The notes beneath the pieces were generated by a model. It had not been told where the DNA came from. It did not search any database and saw only the letters and a program-made list of their open reading frames with translations. The translations under genes and the position numbers were made by a program. This document shows, one piece after another, positions 58,556-64,000 of a stretch of 64,000 bases of DNA (position 1 is its first letter; every line of letters begins with the position of its first letter). Origin of the DNA: the human T2T-CHM13v2.0 reference genome, Homo sapiens; assembly GCF_009914755.1 (NCBI RefSeq), contig NC_060931.1. The stretch is one strand, 5' to 3'.

Positions 58556-58652
58556 AGAGACTTGTTGGAGATGTGCCTGAGGGAGTAAGACACTATCTTA
58601 CAACAACAGGACTCTTACTCCCTCAGGCACTGCACCAGCCAGCAAAGCATCA
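58556..58652 (-). ncRNA. MIR550A3: mir-550a precursor hairpin (a-3 variant)
   Basis: Minus strand reads AGTGCCTGAGGGAGTAAGAG-loop-TGTCTTACTCCCTCAGGCACAT; perfect 18-bp inverted repeat at 58573-58590/58613-58630; lies in ZNRF2-like intron 1, as recalled for the mir-550 family. Confidence 0.9.
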
Positions 58653-61600
58653 AAATACCAGGTTCTTAGGTCACGCTGCTCTCAGATCAGTGATGCCCTG
58701 TGCAACTCACCAATCCTCCCCACCTTGCAGTCAAGAATAGTTCCAAAAAATCCCCAAAGCAGAAACTTCCATGACACAGGCCACACTTACACACAGCAAA
58801 ACATATAACACGAAGGTATGAAATCACAAGTGAGGAACAATAACCACCAAAATTCTTATTACTTCAGGAGTGGCAGGGGTTGTGGTTAGAAGGCTCATTT
58901 TTTTTAGAAAGAGGCAAACATTCCTCTTTGGTCACTCCCCATAAAAGCCTTCAATGGCACAAAATAACATTCAGGAATAGGAAGTAGATTAATTACAGTA
59001 TCCCAAATTCAAACATTTTGGCACTTGATATTGGTAAGGAGTGATAACTGAGACCAATTCCATAATGGTTAATTGATGAAGACAACCTAACAGCATAAAA
59101 CTTCACATCTGCTTAAAAATTAAGAGAAATCGTCCTAGAAATACAGGTCTTATTCAACATATTCAGTTTTAAGAGATAACCCACACTCCTTCAATATAAG
59201 AAAACATGTTGCACAAGTAACAAGGCACCTGAATTACAATCAGACTACTGAAATACTCATGAGCAAGCCACACCCAAAAAAGCTCAAGAAAATCAGGAGG
59301 CCAAAAGCAACCCAGCACCACTGGTTGTCTTAGATTAAGTCATTTTACATTTTCACTTCTGGACTCAAGGATACATTATAGAAGTCCACACGATTTCTCT
59401 GGAAATAATCTCCATGTATTGGTATATTTCTATAGCCCAATTCATCTACCCCATCCTTGCTGCATCATTAAAGGCTATTTTACCACTCATGTTATGCTCT
59501 ATGAACAATAGCTACTTGACAGTGGAAAAAAAAACGTAGACGTAAATTAAAGCCAAACAAACCCTAAAATACCATCAACATTTTTAAATATTAGGAAATA
59601 CCCTTAAGACCTTTTTTAAAACAAAGGTGATGGACCACACTAGCAGTAGTCAAGAAAGCGTCTGTTCGCTTTAACACTCCCCACTCTGGAAAGAATAACA
59701 AGCACAAGATTTACTTCACCTAAAAACTCCTAAATATAATCACATTCTGATGTCCGGCAACTCAATTCTAGGAAATTTCTACACACTGAAATATCTGGAT
59801 TAGGCATTTTTCTTCCAGTTCTCTAGAGAGAATAAGAGTGTATATAGCCAAAATAGATGTGCAAAAGACAGCAAAACATAAAACCAACACAGAAAACTTC
59901 CTCGTTCAATGTGGCAATTCATTTTGAGGGAACTACTAACAATTCCACTTGCTAGACTCTTAAGTGTTAAAAATAAAAGGGGGGGACTGTTTTTCATTTT
60001 CTATAAATTACATGAGACCTCACAAGAGAATAATTTTGAATCTTATAAGTACCACATTTTCTTATTAGGAGACGTTAATAATATAAACAACAATTAAAAC
60101 AAGTTTTACAAAAAACAATATGAACTTTCCATTAATTCTGAAATAATCCTTTTATCAATTTTCAGATGGAGTTATTTGTATATAACCATTTATACAATTT
60201 GTAACTGAATAAACACAATAATGCTATAATAGATACTAAAAAATTAAGTAAATGTGAAGTACAGTCAAGTCTAACTTTTTAAGATTCTTCATCTAGCTCC
60301 CTAAATCTCAAGATGATGAGAAACATGCTTCTATTGTTTTCCTAATAACCCGTCCACTAAAATATAGGTAAAAATCTCAGTAAGGCAATGCCACTAAGAT
60401 GGGTTTTTAAATAAGTGTATTCCATCTCCCTGCCTCAACAGAGATTTCAGGATGTGGCACTTTCATCTGATCCTGTCATATAATAAGAACAGGTAATTTC
60501 TCTGATCCCTTTCCAGCAATTCTCAACTGAGGTTCCTCATCTGAATCACCAAACATAGGAAATTATTTCAGTGACTTTTCTCAATTGTTCCAAGAATGAT
60601 ACATAACTAAAACCGTCCTAAATGCACTGGTGCTGAAAGTTAAAATTCATTGCACACTACGGCACAATTCTCTCCAGAAAGCCGGGTGAGAAAGGCTGCT
60701 ATAAGTTCCTCAGAAAGTGTCACTGTACTACTAGGCCCCAGTCACCCAACCCCAACAGCACTAAAAGAACTATAGTGAGTGCACAAATCTAGAACTTAGA
60801 TAAGAAAAAAGATAAATGCTTTATCTCCAACTTTAAGCAACTAGGTATTTTTACTTACTAGGAATAGCATGGGGTTCAACTGTCTCTTGCTCTGAATAGA
60901 ATGCATTTACTTAACAAAATAAACCCACAGAACTATAATGTTTCTCAAAGGGAATTATCAGCTCTTAGAAAATGAATTTTTAAAAATCAGCATATTAAAT
61001 AAATATTAACTTGACAAGGCTTTTCCTATTGACCCTTCTTTAGCAAACAAATATTCATCTTTTGATAACTGCTAAATGCAAATTTTCACTTTAAAAAGAT
61101 AAAGATAAATATTAAAAACCAGTTTGCCCTTCATTTTCGCACTAATCACCAATTCTCAGAAACTGCCTTTTATATTCTTCAGTGTGGACTACAGCAACTT
61201 CAACTGCTGGGTTAGTTGTGATCAAATCACTTTAAAGACACCAGTGGAGTTCTTTTACTCAAAAGCAAATGACTTTTAAAAATGGCCCAATTTTAAGAGG
61301 GATGAATATTTTTAAGAAGCAAAAATTACTTTAAAACAAGGTTGCTAATTAAAAGTCAAGCGTCGTTCCATATTGAATGTACAAAGCGTTACTAAAAAGA
61401 TGGGAAAAACTAAACATGACATTCCTATTTTTAATTTATGCTGGCGTGTGTGCTGATAGCACAGAACATCACAACAGATAAATTACTACGTATTCCACTT
61501 TACTAAGTCTCCACTCAAAGTTCCTACGTTTACAAATATGTAAGTAAAAGAGGCACAAAAATGTAGGGGATGGTGTTTTCGTTGCTCATCTGTGCTCAGT

Positions 61601-62394
61601 TGCGAATTCTTCTAATATCAGATACATAATGCGATGAAATGGGAATGCTTATCTTCTATACTTCTATTTATTTTCATAAAGCGGGAAGGGGAGGTGGTCT
61701 TGATTCATTTAATATTAGCGTTTTGCAATAAAGTAGAGCAGCATAAAATATAACTGAAGAAGAATTCATTTTCCCCAGGAAAATGCACCCTTCCTCCTGT
61801 TTCTACAGTAAAGCACATCATTTTGCTATTAAAAATGTCCATTTTTCACAACTGACTTTTCCTTAACTCTAGTCAACACTGCTCTTCAAAAGAACCTAGC
61901 CAATTACTGTACCTTGTAGGCAGAGTTGCAAAATTTTTGCTTCCCTAAGAAACTTTTCCATTTTTTAAATGCTTTCCAAATTAAGCAGGACTCACATTAA
62001 CTGTGATCTTAAGTAGCAGTTTAGTGAGGTTTGAAAACAAACTTTTCATTAACGCATTCATCCAATTAAAGTGACATAGTAGGTGGGACTACTGACACAG
62101 ATTTAAGGATTACAGCTTTATATTAAAAGTCAGTCCAAAGATGGTAACTCAGAGTTCATTTGAGACCCTTTGACTTTTGGCTTTTAAAAATTGTGCCCCA
62201 CTCGAGTACCAGATAGAACTACATTTAGCAACCGTCTCCTCCTGACTTCCTGGTACTAAAAGCCACAACCACAAGGGCTATTTCGTGGGTTTGCTGTAAA
62301 ACAACATTTGCTCCAGTCAACTCACTGGAAAATAGACTATCTCTACTGAGTACCCGCTGAGGTGTGGGTGCTCACGATGTTTAAAAACAAAACC

Positions 62395-63645
62395 ACGTGT
62401 CTACGCGGCAGCGACACCGCAGGTGTTACGTGCCGGGTTTCTTCCCAGGATGGAGACCGGCGCGGGCTGGGCCGGGAAGCAGCCCCCGGCGCCCCGGCCG
62501 AAGGAGAAAAGGAGAAGGGTAAAAATAGCCGGCGGCCACGGCCCACGTGCAGCCGCGGGAGGACCGAGCGCGGGCGCGTGGAGAGGGGTCCGTACCTCCA
62601 AACATGCGCGGTGAGAGGTGAGCTGGTAAGGAGCCGATCACCAGGAGCGGCCCGCCGGGGCTCCAGCCCACCGGCCGGTGCCGGCCGCCGCCGCCATCCT
62701 CAGGGCTGCTGTGCACCGAGTCCTGCGAGTCCTACGGGCCGCTGCTGCTGTTCGGGATGCTGAAAGAGGACTGCGCCGCGAAGGCCCCCGACGCCACGCC
62801 CCCCCGAGGAAACAGCTGCGGGGCCGCCGCGGCGCCGCCGGGCTGGTGAGCGCTGGGCACCTGGGCCGGGAACCTCCCCGCGGCGGCGGCCTCCGGCCCC
62901 CGGCTCTGGTCCCGGTCCCATTGGCCACTCCGCTGCTACTGGAAGGTAGATCCGAGCCGAGTACGCGCGCGTGCGCCGTGAGCGGCGGCCAGGCCGCTCT
63001 GCTTGGCGCTCATGTCCGCCCTGCTCCGGACCGGGCCGCGCGCTGTGCCCCGAGAGCCAAGAAGGCAGGAGCGAACGCGGGAGCTAGAGGGCAGGGCCGA
63101 GGCGCTGCGGCCGGCCCAGAGAGGCCCCCGCACGTCCAGGGCCGCCGCCCGGCGCCCCGAGGGGCAGTCGGCGCCCGGCGCGCTCTTCTCGGGGCGGTGG
63201 GCAAGGCTGGCGGCCTGACGCGGGCGCGGGAGACGAGGAGACGCGGAGAAGAAGGTGTCCCGGCTGCAGGCACCCCTCGCTGTCTCCAGCAGGAAGGGGC
63301 GACTCAGGTGGCGGTGCGACTGCCGCTGGTTTCGGTTCTGGTGCGCCATGACGGGCCGCTGCCGCTTTCTGCCGCCGCGCTTGGCGCCCCGGGCCTCCGC
63401 ACCGCCTAGTCTCCGGCGGCCGCTGCTACCGCCGCCATCCTCCGGCTCCCACGGCGGCTGGCGGCTGAGTGGGAGGCGCCCGCCCAGACTCCGCCGGAGC
63501 CACCTTCCCTCCTCCCCCAGCCACCCAGCCGTTATTAACGGAGAAAGAGGAAAAACGGGTGGCGCGCGAGGGGAGGACGAAGAATGGGAGGGAGGGAGGG
63601 GTGGCCCGCGCTTCCCGGCAACCGTCGCTTCCCTCCCCCTGCGAG
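62395..63645. promoter_or_regulatory. CpG island (duplicated ZNRF2 promoter/exon 1)
   Basis: Very high GC and CpG density. Confidence 0.92.
62596..63013 (-). pseudogene. ZNRF2P2: ZNRF2 pseudogene, coding part of exon 1
   Basis: MSAKQSGLAAAHG (ZNRF2: MGAKQSGPAAANG) and SPEDGGGGRHRPVGWSPGGPLLVIGSLPAHLSPRMFGG; donor GTACGG at 62595; early frameshift gives TAG at 62938-62936. Confidence 0.9.
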
Positions 63646-63699
63646 ATTAATTTCACAGGGGATTAATTTCTCATTTACAAATAAAAATGTAAGTTTAGA

Positions 63700-63960
63700 A
63701 CAGAATGTTTTAACAAGGTAAAAGCATTCACTGCATACTATATGCCAGCACTATACTTAGGACATATAGGACATATACGACTGTATATGTGAGCGCTTAT
63801 CTCACTTCTCTTGTAGAATGGTTATTATTAAACTTATTTGAGAGGTGAAGTGATTGACAGCCGTTGAAGGATTACTTGAGACCATGGAAACTATAACTTG
63901 CAGAGTCAGAATTTGAGTTCAATTCTGACATCAAAGCTATGCTTTTCCTACTGTGTCAAC
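63700..63960 (-). mobile_element. MIR relic
   Basis: CTATATGCCAGCACTATACT and CAGAGTCAGAATTTGAG...TCTGACATCAAAGC. Confidence 0.5.
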
Positions 63961-64000
63961 CTGCATAATAAAACTACACTTCTGAGACGAGGCAAGATGT

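Noticed and set aside
58505-58730. Possible minus-strand cryptic exon spanning mir-550 (GTAAGT donor near 58518)
   Set aside because: The acceptor is weak and such motifs are common by chance; transcript data would be needed
62596-63013. Functional ZNRF2 gene
   Set aside because: Gly2 lost, frameshifted, shortened, and no recognisable downstream exons in the window
62678-63409. 243-aa plus-strand ORF in the CpG island
   Set aside because: Non-ATG start, Arg/Ala/Gly-rich antisense shadow expected at very high GC

Overview
This window is primate, almost certainly human, genomic DNA rich in Alu, L1, L2, MIR and MaLR repeats, and it contains no intact protein-coding gene. From left to right it holds four main elements. 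First is a processed thymosin beta-4 (TMSB4X) pseudogene at about 3.6-4.2 kb. Second is a full-length but defective HERV-T (HERVS71/LTR6) provirus on the minus strand (14178-24225), with two LTRs, a tRNA-Thr PBS, a PPT and a 4-bp GATA target-site duplication. Third are exons 1-4 of an unprocessed DPY19L2 pseudogene on the plus strand, whose first exon has been rebuilt by nested tandem duplications (99-bp units inside a ~600-bp duplication). Fourth are exon 1 and the CpG island of a ZNRF2 pseudogene on the minus strand, with its intronic mir-550 hairpin. From recalled annotation (not a database search) this fits the 7p14 segmental-duplication locus DPY19L2P3/ZNRF2P2/MIR550A3. The most unusual signals are a frame-preserving 99-bp repeat creating new 33-aa-repeat ORFs, an env-templated insertion in the 3' LTR, patchy LTR-LTR divergence, a nested palindromic TA expansion in the viral leader, a second 46-bp templated duplication, and an orphan poly(A)-site-like segment at a possible duplicon junction. 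None of these is demonstrated to be a new functional system. Coordinates for old repeats are approximate.
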